Positions 24,511-38,551 of a stretch of 64,000 nt of DNA are shown one piece after another. Source of the DNA: Octopus vulgaris (Eukaryota); NCBI GenBank assembly GCA_951406725.2, contig OX597828.1, positions 38,812,001 through 38,876,000 of the forward strand, written 5' to 3'. The translations under genes and the position numbers were made by a program. Below the pieces are notes generated by a model that searched no databases, was not told where the DNA came from, and saw nothing but the letters and a program-made list of their open reading frames with translations. How positions within the stretch are numbered: the first letter of the stretch is position 1; each line of letters begins with the position of its first letter.

Positions 24511-25410
24511 TAAAAATAATTATATACTTACGCTTCATCATTTTTCTTTGTTGCAACACGGTTTTTAACACATTTTGGACATATTTGCCTGTTTTCAGCA
24601 CATTGCTGACACAGGAAATGGTAAGCTCTTTTGATAGCCTTTTTAGAACAGCCAGAACTGTGAATTAGAAAAGAAAAAAAAAACAATTAAATAATTATAG
24701 AATCAAACTAAAGATACTATAAGGAAAAAAAAAATAGACAACAGCACATCAGCTCTTAAGCAGATGAGGGAGCTTGATATGGTTGCTTGATCCACTAGAA
24801 ATAGCAGTCATATGTTTGAGTGTATTTTCTATGCATATTTAATTACATTACTTTAGTAAAAAAAATCTAGCTGAATCATTAGTGTACTGGAGAAAATGAT
24901 TAGCAGGATTTCTTCTGGTTCTTTACATTCTGAGTTCAATTTCTGGCAAGGTCTACTGTGCCTTTTGTCCTTTTTTTTTTTTGGCGGGGGTGGGTGGGGG
25001 GGTCAATAAAATAAGTACCAGTTGAGCACTGGGATCAATGTAACCAACTTAACCCCTCCACAAAAATTACTGGCTTTGTACCAAAATTAGAAATATTTTA
25101 GCTCTTCTTGAAAATACTGTTCTTTCTCTCTGCACGCATGTGCGTGCGTGGTTGAAAATGTGTGCATATATATGTATCTGTGTGGGTGGAGGGGTACATG
25201 TGTATGCATGTGTGTATGTTTATGTCCATGAATGTTGTGTGATATAGTCATAATAGCAGCAAATTGGTAAAAGGGCCCGTGTAAATAGATAGAATGTCTT
25301 GCAACATCTGTTCCAGCTCTTTACATTCTGACACCTAAGATGACACTGGTGCCGAGCTGTATTAATCCTTACTATTCCTTTGGAGAAAGGAAACATGCAT
25401 AGACAACTGT

Positions 25411-25803
25411 AGGTGCAGGAGTGGCTGTGTGGTAAGTTGTTTGCTTACCAACCACACAGTTCTGAGTTCAGTCCCACTACATGGCACCTTGGGCAAGTGT
25501 CTTCTACTATAGCCTCGGGCCAGCCAAAGCCTTGTGAGTGGATTTGGTAGATGGAAACTGAAAGAAGCCCGTTTTATATATGTGTGTGTGTGTGTGTATG
25601 AGTGTATTTGTGTGTTTGTCCCCCCAACATCACTTGACAACTGATGCTGGTGTGTTTATGTTCCCTAACTTAGCAGTTTGGCAAAAGAGACCGAAAGAAT
25701 AAGTACTAGGCTTACAAAGAATAAGTCCTGGAGTCAATTTGCTCGACTAAAGGCAGTGCTCCAGCATGGCCGCAGTCAAATGACTGAAACAAGTAAAAGA
25801 ATA
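25411..25803 (+). mobile_element. Family A CORE-type SINE
   Basis: Full-length match. Further partial or degenerate copies lie near 6245, 8325, 12620, 21075, 27705, 30300, 37140, 52420, 58205 and 61080. Confidence 0.9.
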
Positions 25804-26039
25804 AACTACTGGATTTCCTTATAAAAGAAAATAATAAATAGCTTGGACTGGGACCTTAAGAGGGGCTTCCCAAGTCTGGATCCAGTTTCACAAGACATAC
25901 AGAGGTACCAAAGATGGATAGAATGTTGTGTAATCTGTGTCTATTTCAGAAAAATATACCAAAAGCCCAAGTGGCTTTGAGTTCTCTCCTACTACGCAAC
26001 ACACAGTCATGCCTGTAATAACTATAAGCCAATGCAATT

Positions 26040-26387
26040 TTTCTTAGCTGGATGTTCCAATCTTCCTAACAGTTTTCATGTCCTCAACCCAATATCCAGT
26101 GTGGTCCACAAGTTGATCAATATATGCACTTCTTAGCCTGCCAATAGCTGTAGGCCCATGCATGGGTTTCCAGAGAATGAGATTGCTGGATATTTCATCT
26201 TTGCTTCTCTAGCAGTGTCCTGCAAAATGTGTGTCTGTCTGTCTCTGATTACTGAGGTGATGATGGGAATACTGCCATACAGCTGTGGCTTTGTAAATTG
26301 TTGTTGCCAAGAAAGGTTGAGAACTGCACGAAGCATTCTTGTGTTTGTACCATCAAACTTCTTTTCAAGTCTCTTGTTAAGTGTCAT
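26040..26387 (-). pseudogene. RTE-group LINE C-terminal relic
   Basis: TLNKRLEKKFDGTNTRMLRAVLNLSWQQQFTKPQLYGSIPIITSVIRDRQ...AGHC*R, which resembles the post-RT region of RTE-group elements. Confidence 0.75.
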
Positions 26388-29036
26388 AATTCCAGGCCAA
26401 CCAAAACCAAGCGAGTGAATTTGATAGACGGAAGTTGTAAGAAGTTTGTGTCATCATCATCATTTTAATGCCTGCCTTTTTCGATGTTTCCACGGGTTAA
26501 ACAAGATTTACTGAGACAAATTTTCTATGGTCTCTTGCCTTTTGTGTTACCAACTCTCACCAGTTTCTTCATTTTAATGCCCACTTTTCCATATTTTCAT
26601 GGGCCAGACAAGATTTGCCGAGGCAGATTTTCTATGGTCTGTTACCTTACATATTGTCAACCCTCACCAGTTTCCAAACAAGCTAATACTTCCACATGAT
26701 CAGACATGCTTTTAGTGAAAGACTTTCATCCTCTCGGGGTCGATAAAATAAGTACCAGTTGAGCACTGGGACTGGTGTAATAGACTCGACTCCTTCCTTC
26801 AAAATTGATGGCCTTATTTCAAAATTTGAAAGCAATTTCTATGTACTTACAGTTAAATCTGTGTTATTAGGTCATTTGGGTAATAATTTTAAGGAGAAAA
26901 GAAAAAAAGAAACATAAAAACAAATACAAAAAAAGGCAGGTGGAATCAATAAAAATGCCATTTAAAATCTTCCATAATCATAAATTTAGTTTGTTTCTAT
27001 ATAGCCATGTAATAGAGAAGAAATTTAATTAAATAAAAGGACAAAAGAAAATTTTGTTTTCGAGCATTGTTAAAAATCATATTGAATTATTATTCATTCA
27101 CTTTTTATTAAAGCCCAACATGAACATCCCTATAACTGTCAATACCACCACCACCACCATCAATTCATAACATACTTTACTTCACATACATCAGCATGAA
27201 TGTCACCGTCTCACCATGCCCTCTCCCTATAAATCTGAGCTGTTGTTTCTACGATTAAAAAAATAAAAATTGATACAAACAAAGAAATCAATAATGGCAA
27301 TAATGAATATTGGAACATGGTCAAAAACTTTTGAGAGAGATACAAAGAGAGGAGAGCAGGGGATAGCCAAAATGAATTAACCCCAGGACATGCCTAACGG
27401 TTTCTCAACCCTGCCAGGATTTGAAATCAGAATGCAGTCTACATTATCATCATCATCATTATCCCCATTTAATGTCCATTTTCCATGCTGGCATGGGTTG
27501 GACTGCTTGATAGGAACTGACAAGGCCAGGGGCCACACCAGTTCCATAGTCTGTTTTGGCTTGGCTTCTACAGCTGGATGCCCTTCCTGATGCCAACAAC
27601 TTCACACAGCTTACTGGGTGGGTTTTACGTGGCACCATCACCAGTGCTTTTTATGAGGCACCATAAAATGCACTGGTGCTGGTGCCACTCTACTGCTTCA
27701 ACTTGTTCACTTCCACTGCATGGCACCTTGGGCAGGTGTCTTCTACTAAAGCCTCAAGTCAACCATAGTCTTACGAGTGGATTTGGTAGATGAAAACTGA
27801 AAGAAGCCTGTTGTGTGTGTGTGTATGTTTGTGTCTGTCCCCACTGTCACTGCTTGACAACCACTGTTAGTGTGTTTACGTCCCCATAACTTAGCAATTT
27901 GGCAAAAGAGACCAATAGAATAAGTACCACGCTTACAAAAACAATAAGTGCTGGGGTTGATTCGTTTGATTAAAGATTCGCCAATGTGGTGCCCCAGCAT
28001 GGCCACAGTCTAACGCCTGTAACAAACAGAAGATAAAAGATACAGCAGTTTAGGCACAAGGCTAACAATTTTGAAGGAAGAAGCTTGGTCGATACCACAG
28101 GCCACCCCAACCCTCACTCCAGTACCTCACAAGCACTTCATTTAACCTACCCTGAAAGCTTGAAAAGGAAGTTTACTGTTGTGGGATTTGAACCAAGCAC
28201 ATAAAGCTTCAGAAGAATTACTACAAGGGATTTTGTCCAGCATTTGGTCATTCCAGCCACTACACCACCTTATTATACCACAATAATAATGTTGATAGAT
28301 ATGTTGTAGGTACAAGGCCGGACATTTTGAGGGGAGGGGTAAATCAATCCAATCAACCTCGGTGCTTGAAAGCATTTCATTCCACACATTAGAAATTCTG
28401 ACAATCCACCATCCTCTTATCATTGTATTTGCCAAAAGGGTCTCATGCATCCCTACAAAAAATGTTATGCAAGTGGAGTTACAGGACCACCCAATACACT
28501 TTGTGGATTGGTTGGCATTAGGAAGGGTATCCAGCTGTAGAAAGCATGCCAGAATAGACAATGGAGCCTGGTGAGGCCCCTGGCATTACCAGCTCCAGTC
28601 AAACCGTCTAACCCATGCCAGCATGGAAAACAGACATTAAATGATGATGATGATCATACACACATACACACACACATATATAACCAGCAACAGCACTAAG
28701 TTAGTTAACTAGGTTAGTTAAAATACATGTGCCTCATATCTTAACTTCTATAGGCAAATTCACTGCAATTGCCACAGAGTGAAAAAAGAAATCCTCTCTT
28801 TTGGTAAAAGGTGCAAAAACACAATATCTGCTCACTGCTTCCTCACTTCGGATTCCCAGACAGCTGTTTCTGGCTCTTTAGCCTTTTGCATGGTATTATT
28901 CAAACAAAGTCAACAAACCGTTTAGTAGAATAAAACACTAGAAGTGACTATTTATCAGAATGTAACATAAGTAAGGGGGATAATTACATGGTTGGTTTCA
29001 TTATATGATTAACTGATTAATATTGCTTATTTCAAA

Positions 29037-29492
29037 GGCAGTGAGCTGGCAGAAATGTTAGCATGCCAGGCAAAATGCTTAGCAGTATTTCATCTGTCTT
29101 TACGTTCTGAGTTCAAATTCCACCGAGGTCGACTTTACCTTTTATCCTTTCGGGATCAATAAATTAAGTACCAGTTGTGTACTGGGATCAATCTAATCAA
29201 CAGGCCCCCCTCCCCCAAAATTTCAGGCCTTGTGCCTAGAGTAGAAAGAATATTATATCAGTGTTGAGGCGGCAAGCTAGCAGAAATGTTAGCACGTCAG
29301 GCGAAATGTGTAGCGGTATTTTATTTGTCTCTACATTCTGAGTTCAAATTCCACCGAGGTCAATTTTGCCTATCATCTTTTCGGGGAGGGGGGGGGCAAT
29401 AAATTAAGTACCAGTTGCATACTGGGGTCAATCTAATCAACTGGCCCCCTCTCCCAAAATTTCGGGCCTTGTGCCCAGAGTAGAAAAGAATA
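29037..29492 (+). mobile_element. Tandem pair of tRNA-derived SINE family C (Meta/MESC-like central domain)
   Basis: Two ~220-bp units: ggc.gcgagctggcagaa ... gagttcaaattcc ... cctttcatcctttcggg.tcgataaattaagtacc ... ccttgtgcctagagtagaaa. The domain name is from memory. Confidence 0.8.
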
Positions 29493-32400
29493 CTGCTATT
29501 GTATTCTCCCCCATTGCTTTTCTCCACCACACTCAAACACACAAGTACATCATTTTTGACGAACAACTAAATAATTATATGATCAATTAACAGCAAAAAT
29601 AATAAAAAAAAAAACAGCAGCAGCAGCAGCAAAAATACATTTCTATAAAAATGCAATAAAATGCATTTCAAAAAAATGTATATATATAAACATAGCCAGA
29701 AGAAAAAAAAAATTAATATTTAATTGATGATAATAGCATCACAGAATAGAACAGAATGGAATATTACAATACCAAAGCATCATAAAAATAATGCACAACA
29801 AAAACATGAAAGACCTCGTTGTTGTTGTTGTTGTTGAATTAGTCATATGTGAGAAGGAGAGGTGGGGCTATGCTGTGGTGGTGGTGGTTGTGGTGGCAGA
29901 GAAGTGATAAGCAACAGCGACGGTTTATGCATTATGTTACATGTTTGTGCAAATAAATATGCGTGGATTGGAACAATGCTAACAAATAGATATGGAAGTG
30001 GTGATTCTATTGCCATTGGTTACTGGTTACCAACAGGGCCAATTGGAAGGCTCACTGTATTTTCTTTCTAACTAGCCAAAACTGACAAGGGGATTGTCTG
30101 TGGAATTTAGAGGGAACAAATATCACACAGGGTATTTTTTTTTATTTGAAATTACACATCAATGAAACAACACGCGCGCATGCACATATGTACGCACACA
30201 CTTAAATGCATACAAGATTTGGCATACTTTCCTATTGCCAAAGTCCATTTACAACTCAAGTCTATGGTAGAAGACTCATGCCTCAGGTTCCATGCAGAAC
30301 CATATAGTTGTGCAGCAAACGTTTTAACCCCAGCCAAATGGATCTGGGTTCAGTCCCATTGCATAGTACCTTGGGCAGATGTCTTCTACTCAGACTACCT
30401 TCACCTCAGACTGACCAATGCTTGTGAGTGAATTTGGTAGATGGAAACTGTGTGGAATCCCACCATATATGTACATGTCTGCATGTGTCTGTGTGTATTT
30501 GTCCACAGCCTTGACAACTGGTGTTGGTTTGTTTACATCCCCATAACTTAACAGTTAGGCAAAGGAAGCTGACAGAATAAAAACCAGACTTTAAAAAATA
30601 AGTACAGAGGTCAATTTATTTAATCGAACCTTTCAAGGTGGTGCCTCGACATGGCCACAGTCCAATGACTGAAACAAGTAAAGTACGAAAGATAAATCAG
30701 TAATTATAGAAAGATCTCCTGAATGGATTAATTTGATAATAGATGATAATGGAAGACTCAGGATTATATTGATGATAACACATAATAAAAATTAGCAATG
30801 TTATCAGAGAATTGGATAGAGTACTTCACAGAACTTATCCAGCCTCGCTGTGATCTGAGTTCAAATCCTGCTGCGATCAACTCAGCTTCTCCATCCTTAT
30901 GCAGCTGATAAAAACAAGTACCAATCCAGAGTAGTGTATAGTTGGAACTGTAAGAAGACTGGACTAGGCTTTCGTTAGACCAGGGCAATAGCAAAAAACA
31001 CTTGTCCAAGGTGTCACATGGTGGAACTGAACCCAAAACCACATGGTTGCGAAACAAACATCTTAACCATACAACCAGGCCTGTACCTCATTTATTCTGA
31101 AAGTGGTGAACAGCCTTTGTTTAATACAATAAATCACTAAATTTTATTCAAAGACATCTTATCTTGCTGAACCCTAGAATTTATTTTCATTGAACCCACT
31201 TTGAAACACTATGTACTGTATCTAAAACAACAAGACATGATGGTCATGGCTGGAAAGCCTTTGGTCATAAGCTAGACTACAATAACAACAATAAATAACT
31301 GAGGGTGCAGAAAAATAGCCTAAACATATCGGTGAATTGTTAAATTGATAAATAAATACATTGTTTAATTCTGTGAAAAAGCAAAAAGTATTTTGAAGAC
31401 ATCCAACTTGAAGACGTTATTGGGCTGGGAACAGAAATGGGTTAAAAAGGCAAAGGGGGCAAAGCAGGCAAAGGGAAAGGAGTTATGTCACTTATGACAC
31501 TAGGAGTGAGATGATGACAAACATATCAAGGAATGAATCACTGCAAAAGAATGATTGGGGGAGGGACAGGAATAATATATTTCACCTTATCAGATATCTT
31601 GTCTCTATTGATTTTATATACAAAAAAGGAGATTTTATGCAGTACGTGCAGTCCACAAGGTAACGACATGAGTAGGTGTCAGGGAAGGGAACCAAGCTAG
31701 AACGGAAGTGTCTCTCAGATTCAACAAAGTCATTATAAAATAGAATAATCGACTAAGCGACTAAGGTACTATCATTTAATTCCAGGTCAATCCTGGTATG
31801 TGCAGACTATAAACAAAGACATTACAAGCCATGCCCATCCCAACATTTTTGGGAGAGGGTGTTTTCTTAAGACTACATTATCATGTAATGCATGTCCTTC
31901 CTTTTTTTAAGATGATGAAGTGCAAGTTAAAGGAGGTTTAACTGCCACTTCTAGTAAGTCAAGAGACCACATACAAGCTCCATGGTTTGCTCACCATTTA
32001 CATAACTGGCACTATGTCAGTTGTAATGTTAGGGGTTCCAGCTGATCCGATCAACAGAACAACCAGCACATGAAATTAATGTGCAAGTGGCTGAGCACTC
32101 CACAAACACATGTACCCTTAACATAGTTCTCAGGGAGATTCAGTGAGACACAGACTGTGACAAGGCTGGCCCTTTGAAATAAAGATACAAGTCATTTCTG
32201 CCAGCTGAGTGGACTGGAGCAATGTGAAATAAAGTGTCTTCTTGCTCAAGGAATAAAACTCATGAGTCTTACAATTTTGAGCCAAATACGCTTACCACTA
32301 AGCCGTGGACTTTCACTCACAATTACATAAGTATACCATTAACCTCCATGAGCACTTTTTGCACCAAAATCAAGATTAAAATTAGAGGTTTGCATATAAT

Positions 32401-33383
32401 ACAATATGAATCCACAATGGTTTTTGCCTACCTGCTTTTATGAAAACAAAAGTGTAATAAAGTTTTGTTAATTTCTTGTTGTTTTTTAAAAATATGTAGC
32501 AATATCTTTTGTTTAACATTTGTTTTTCATGCTGGCATGAGTTGAATGGGAGTTTCTTTATATAAAGTAAACCATAGGAACCTCTATAAATGGTGCTCAA
32601 CTCACTAGAGACAGTAGTAAAAATTCCACCTGATCATCTTAAGAAGGTCAAATTGGGTTGAATGTAGTCCTTGATGCACTTTAATTGGGAAAAGGGTAAA
32701 TGGAATGGTCATGAGTGGGATGCATTCGATTGTAATGTATCCCAGGGCTGTCCAAGGAACAAACAATAACAGTTTGTTTTGAACATGCAACTAAGAGATG
32801 TTTTCTATGAGAAGGTCTTGAAAAGAAATTGTATCTTCTAATTAAAGAGAAGAATCAAGAAATATGTAAATAGAATCTTGGAGCAAACGTGGTTCAAATT
32901 CCACACACAGCTTCCCACCTTCTTTTCTATCCAAAGGGTATTATAAAGCTATTATTTATAGCTGAATTCACTCCAAGATATATTGTTAACAAAGATTTGT
33001 AACTTCTATATTTTGGCATCTGGCTAGATACCTTTTAACAGATGCCGTGTTCATGTTTAAACACAAAAGCTCTTTAACATACACACGTATGTATATGTGT
33101 GTGTGTATGAGTGTTTGTATGGGTGAGTAAAGATAAGACGATTACATCATTCCTTTTTGTTTATTTTCATTCACAACCTTGCATGTAAATACACTCCTCA
33201 AACCTAAATTTGTTTATGACATTTTTACTTCAATGCCTACTCAATGAAAATCTTTTTTATAGCCAACTACCTACAACAGCACTACCTACCCAGGATAAAG
33301 GAGTCATAATTTAAGTTTCAGATTTATCTGAGCACTACTTGATGGACCACCTATACCCTGCTTGCTTCAACCTTCTTCAAAAT

Positions 33384-33477
<94 letters not shown>

Positions 33478-33479
33478 GA

Positions 33480-33995
33480 ATCATCATCATCATTGTTTAA
33501 CATCTGCTGTCCATGCTGGCATGGGTTGGATGGTTTGACTGAGGACTGGCAAGCCAGAAGGCTGCACCAGGCTCCCAATCTGATCAGGCAAGGTTTCTAC
33601 AGCTGGATGCCCTTCCTAATGCCAACCACTCCAAGAGTGTAGTGGGTGCTTTTTACATACCACCATCATGGGAGCCAGTCAGGTGGTACTGGCAACGACC
33701 ACACTCGAATAGTGCTTTTTATGTGCCACCGGCACAGGAACCAGCTAGGCAGCACTGGCTTCGGCCATGGTTGAATAGTGCTTTTTATGTGTCACTGGCA
33801 CAGGAGCCAGTCATGTGGTACAGGCATTGGCCATGACAATGATTTCATTTGACTGAACAGGTCTTCTCAAGCGTATTTTATTCAACGTTTATTCAACAAT
33901 GATTTCATTTGATTCAACAGGTCTTCTTAAGCATAGTTTATTGCCCAATGGGCTGCTCATGCGACACCAGCATAAGCCACACCTACAGTCTTACT
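33480..33995 (-). mobile_element. Family B RTE-tail repeat with ~60-bp internal tandem units
   Basis: (CAT)n tail at 33480, three gtgctttttatgtgccac units, and a duplicated ORF-end segment at 33836-33945. Confidence 0.8.
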
Positions 33996-34109
33996 TGGCT
34001 AACCATTAGTCACTCTATGACTGGACATATATTTAACTACATATAAATACATTACAGCTCTATCCTTTACTTTGTGCTTCGTTTTTGGATATATGATCCT
34101 CTGACAATC

Positions 34110-34140
<31 letters not shown>

Positions 34141-34150
34141 TTCTGTGTTC

Positions 34151-34186
34151 CTTTCTGTCGAAGAGCATAGGCTCGAAACGTAAAAG
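34151..34186 (+). ncRNA. Minimal hammerhead motif (A6U variant)
   Basis: cttt-CTGTCGA-a-gagc-atag-gctc-GAAA-cg-TA-aaag, with palindromic stem III ACGT. Confidence 0.7.
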
Positions 34187-34268
34187 ACTTTCTCACCTCC
34201 CGAGAATTAAACTAATAGATCTGTTTGTTGTTTACACATCCGTTTTTGCCTTTTGTTTTTTTGTAAAA

Positions 34269-34905
34269 TGGATCTTCTGTCAAAATGTTAAACATCGTAA
34301 ACAGTGGATTGATAAAAGGGGAAAAACTCAACCACAATCAAGAAGGGAATTTCATGGAAAAAAGGTTCTTCTCTCTATCTGGTGGGATTGTAAAGGAGTA
34401 ATTCACTTTGAATTGTCACCACCTAATGCAACAATCAATGCTCAAGTATACTGTCAGCAATTAGAATGTTTGAACCAAGCTTTGAAGAAAAAAAGACCCG
34501 CTTTAGTGAATCAAAAAGGAGTGATGTTTCATCAGGACAATGCGTGACTCCACACTGCAAAGATCACATCACAGAAGATCGAAGAGCTTGGGTGGGAAAA
34601 AATTCCTCATCCACCTCAATCTCCTGACCTTGCTCCTTCAGACTACCATTTGTTTTGTAGTTTACAGAAATATTTGGGGGACATAACTTTCACAAGCCAG
34701 GAGGAGGTCGAAACTGGCATTTCAGAGTTCTTCGCTTTTAAACCAAAAGAGTTTTACATTGATGGGATTAAAAAACTTGTAACTAGATGGAAGGAAGTCA
34801 TAGATAATCAGGGAAAGTACATTGATGATTAAATTTCAATTAAATATAACATTTGATCACTTGTTTTCTTTATTCAAAATTCAGACAGAACTTATGGGAT
34901 GACAG

Positions 34906-34908
<3 letters not shown>
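34269..34908 (+). pseudogene. mariner (DD34D) transposase 3' half plus right TIR
   Basis: One frame reads WIFCQNVKHRKQW...KKVLLSIWWDCKGVIHFEL...FHQDNA*LHTAK...PHPPQSPDLAPSDYHLF...GKYIDD* with a single internal TGA at 34545. A TIR-like gaacttatgggatgacagata lies at ~34888-34908. Confidence 0.92.
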
Positions 34909-34946
<38 letters not shown>

Positions 34947-35842
34947 GCTCTTAGCTTAGTTTTTTCTTGGGGCTGGACAGATTGGAACAATCTCAAGATT
35001 AATCAGCCGTAATTGCAAGGATGATCCGGTTCTTGACTGAAGATAAAAGGCTTCGAATAACCCGTCCATGTTTTTTTGTATCGTCTATCTAGATGTTTTG
35101 TTATCACTTTTTGTATCACCTAGTTTTGCGTTCTTGTCCCATTTTGTATTTTATATTATTTTATTTATATATATATAGTGGCATATGTACACTTTGTTCT
35201 CTCATATATATATAGGTGCAAGAATGGGTGCTTGGTTAAGAAGCTCATTTTACAACTATGTCGTTTCAGGTTCATTTCCACTGCATGGCACCTATTATAG
35301 CCCAATTCTTTGCAAGTGAATTTGGTAGATAGAAACAGTGTGGAAACCCATGGTATGTACAAATGTGTGTGTGTCAGAGAGAGAGAGTGTGTGTGTCAGA
35401 GAGAGAGAGTGTGTGTGAATGTGTGTATCTTTACAGAAATTATCACAACAGGTATAAAACAACCAGTAGCAAAATGAGATTAGGAGCTTCACAACAAAAC
35501 CAATCAAGATGTTCCTCACAATGAAACTAACCAAGAAGCTCATCATACAACAACAGCAAGGAAATCTTTTGAAAAACATCACAGCACCACCAACCAAGAG
35601 CTTCACAACATCACTAGCCATGAGCCTCACAACAGAAGTAACTAAGAGGTTTACAATACAATACAATGACATACATCTCTTGAGAAACATCAAAGCATTA
35701 CAATAGGATGTTTAAGAAAAATCTACACTCAAAGCTTAACGATTTCGCCATTTAAATAAGCATTTCATACTATTACAAATTGCGACAGTAGTGTGTGAGT
35801 GTGTGTGTGTGCGTTTGCATGAGTACATGTATTTATATGTGC

Positions 35843-35891
<49 letters not shown>

Positions 35892-37059
35892 TATATGTAT
35901 GCGGATGTATACATATATTTACGTATGTACATGAATGCCTGTATTTACCCGCTGTGTGTAGCGAATGCATCTACGTATTCGTCCCCATGTGCTTCCATTT
36001 CGAGTAAACAGAACAAAGGGTGGTGCACAGTCAATAGCAATGGCAGGGGTAGGAGGGGGGGAGGCGTGAGGGTGGCGGTGGAGGTGGGGGTAGGGGCGTT
36101 GGGTTGTTTAAATCAAATCTCAACGAACAAGGAAGCAAGCATGATTGAACTGATTAAAAAGACAAGTTTCCTGAGCAAGACAAGTAAATTCCTCAGATTC
36201 CATAATGGCGGACATTGCAAGCAAACCAGTTTGTCTGTTGAAGTAATGATGAGCGTGATGGTGGTTGTGGTGGTGGTGGTGGTGTTGGTGTTGGGGCAGG
36301 GGTAGAAATACAGACGTTAGTCATTAAATAGAATGATATAAGATATATAATTTTTTTTAAAAGAGAATCCTGGTATTTGCACAGAATCATCCAACATCAT
36401 CACAACTACAAACATTGCCATCACCACTGCCAAAGACAGCCATTTGTATAATTACCGTTATTATAACACCACTACCATTATCAACAACATAAACACCACC
36501 AGCACCATCACCATCATCAACACCATTACACATCCTTCTCATCACTATCAATACCATAAACACCATTATTACCGCCAACACCACCAATATCATTACCCTC
36601 TACCACCACCACTAGCACATACATCCTTATTACCCAACATCAATATCACCTCCACTATCACAAACTTCATTATTACAACCAACATCATTTATCCCCAGCG
36701 CCCACCACCACAAAATATGTTATCAGCATCACTATCTAATTTCGAATTTTGGCACAGGACCGGCAACTTCAAAGGAGGAGGTAAGTCAACTAAATTGACC
36801 CCAGTGTTCAACTGATGCTTATTTCATTGACCTCCAAAAAGATGAAAGGCTAAGTCAACCTCAGTAGAATTTGAGCTCAGAAAAGTTTTCATCTATACAA
36901 TTCTACTCAGAAGATATTTGTTAACCTGAAGCTATGACAGAAGACATTTGTCCAAAGTACCATGCAGTAGAATTGAACTAAGCCATGTTATAGACACACA
37001 TATACATACATACATATATATATATACATACATACATATATACATACATACATATATAC

Positions 37060-37101
<42 letters not shown>

Positions 37102-38513
37102 AATTAAATAGAGAGATTCAATTGACAAAATAATAATTTTCAGTCCCACTGCGTGATACCTTGGGCAAGTGTCTTCTACTATAGCCTCAGGCCGACCAAA
37201 GCCTTGTGAGTGGATTTTGTAGACGGAAACTGAAAGAAGCTCATTGTATATATGTATATCATCATCATCGTTTAACATCCGCTTTCCATGCTAACATGGC
37301 TTGGACAATTTGACTGAGGTCTGGCGAACCAGATGGCTGCACCAGACTCCAATCTGATCCGGAGTCTGGTGCAGCCATATATATGTGTGTTTGTGTGTAT
37401 GTTTATGTGTCAGTGTTTGTCCCCTCCAACATCGCTTGACAACTGATGCTGGTGTGTTTATGTCCCCATAACTTAGTGGTTCAGCAAAAGAGACCGATAG
37501 AATAAGTACTAAGCTTATAAAGAATAAGTCCTGAAACAAGTAAAAGAGAGTAAAAAGGGTATATAACATAATATACTATGAATATAATATAATATAATAT
37601 TATATAAGATAACATAAAAAATTATTAAAAAGCCAACAATTTGTTTCAACTTATATACATTGATTTATAAGCAATTCCTATCCATTTATATAAGTCTCTT
37701 CAAAGCTTTGGTTTAAAAGACAAACGAAATTCCATGTGAAAGGACAGATGGATTGCAAAATATTTAATTCAAGCAAGGTCTGTTTATACTGGTTAGCTAA
37801 ACTGTTGCAAGCAGAATTATCAATGTGTATACAACACAACAACTGCATTAAGATTTTAACCTATTACCAGGTGTTTGTCACATCCTCACACAGACACACA
37901 CACACACATCCTCAAACAAGTCACTGGCTGGTTCTTTATTTTACTGATTCCTGAAGGAAGAAATGCAAATGGACCTTAGAAATATCTGAACTCATAATAA
38001 TGTGCATATATAATATATATATATAGATATATGCAGTATGATTGAACTAGGAGCCATGTGATAGATAGATATACATACATATACACACACACACACACAT
38101 TATATATATATAGGTTGTTGCCAGTGCCACTGGACTGGCTCCTGTGCAGGTGGCACATAAAAAACACCATTTGAGCATGGTCGTTGCCAGTACCGCCTGA
38201 CTGGCCTTCGTGCCAGTGGCACATAAAAGCACCCACTACACTCTCGGAGTGGTTGGTGTTAGGAAGGGTATCCAGCTGTAGAAACTCTGCAAGAACAAGA
38301 TTGGAGCCTGGTGCAGCCTTCTGGTTTGCCAGTCCTCAGCCAAATCGTCCAATCCATGCTAGCATGGAAAGCGGACGTTAAACAATGATGATGATGATAT
38401 ATATATATATATATAACGGGAAGCTTTATGAAAATAGACAAAAGACGAAGGCAGGTGGAATACAAACAAACAATTGTATTAGTATGGCGCTCAGGAAATA
38501 TAAATAAAACAAG

Positions 38514-38551
38514 TCTTTAACGTTTCGAGCCTACGCTCTTCAACAGAAAGA
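38514..38551 (-). ncRNA. Minimal hammerhead motif (A6U variant), best-preserved copy
   Basis: Minus strand reads tcttt-CTGTTGA-a-gagc-gtag-gctc-GAAA-cg-TT-aaaga, within an element at ~38415-38620 flanked by (TA)n. Confidence 0.72.

Noticed and set aside
34074-34547. 157-aa ORF as a functional or domesticated transposase
   Set aside because: It is a chance read-through of (TA)n, an HHR element and a truncated mariner. It lacks the N-terminus and first catalytic Asp and has a stop after QDNA.
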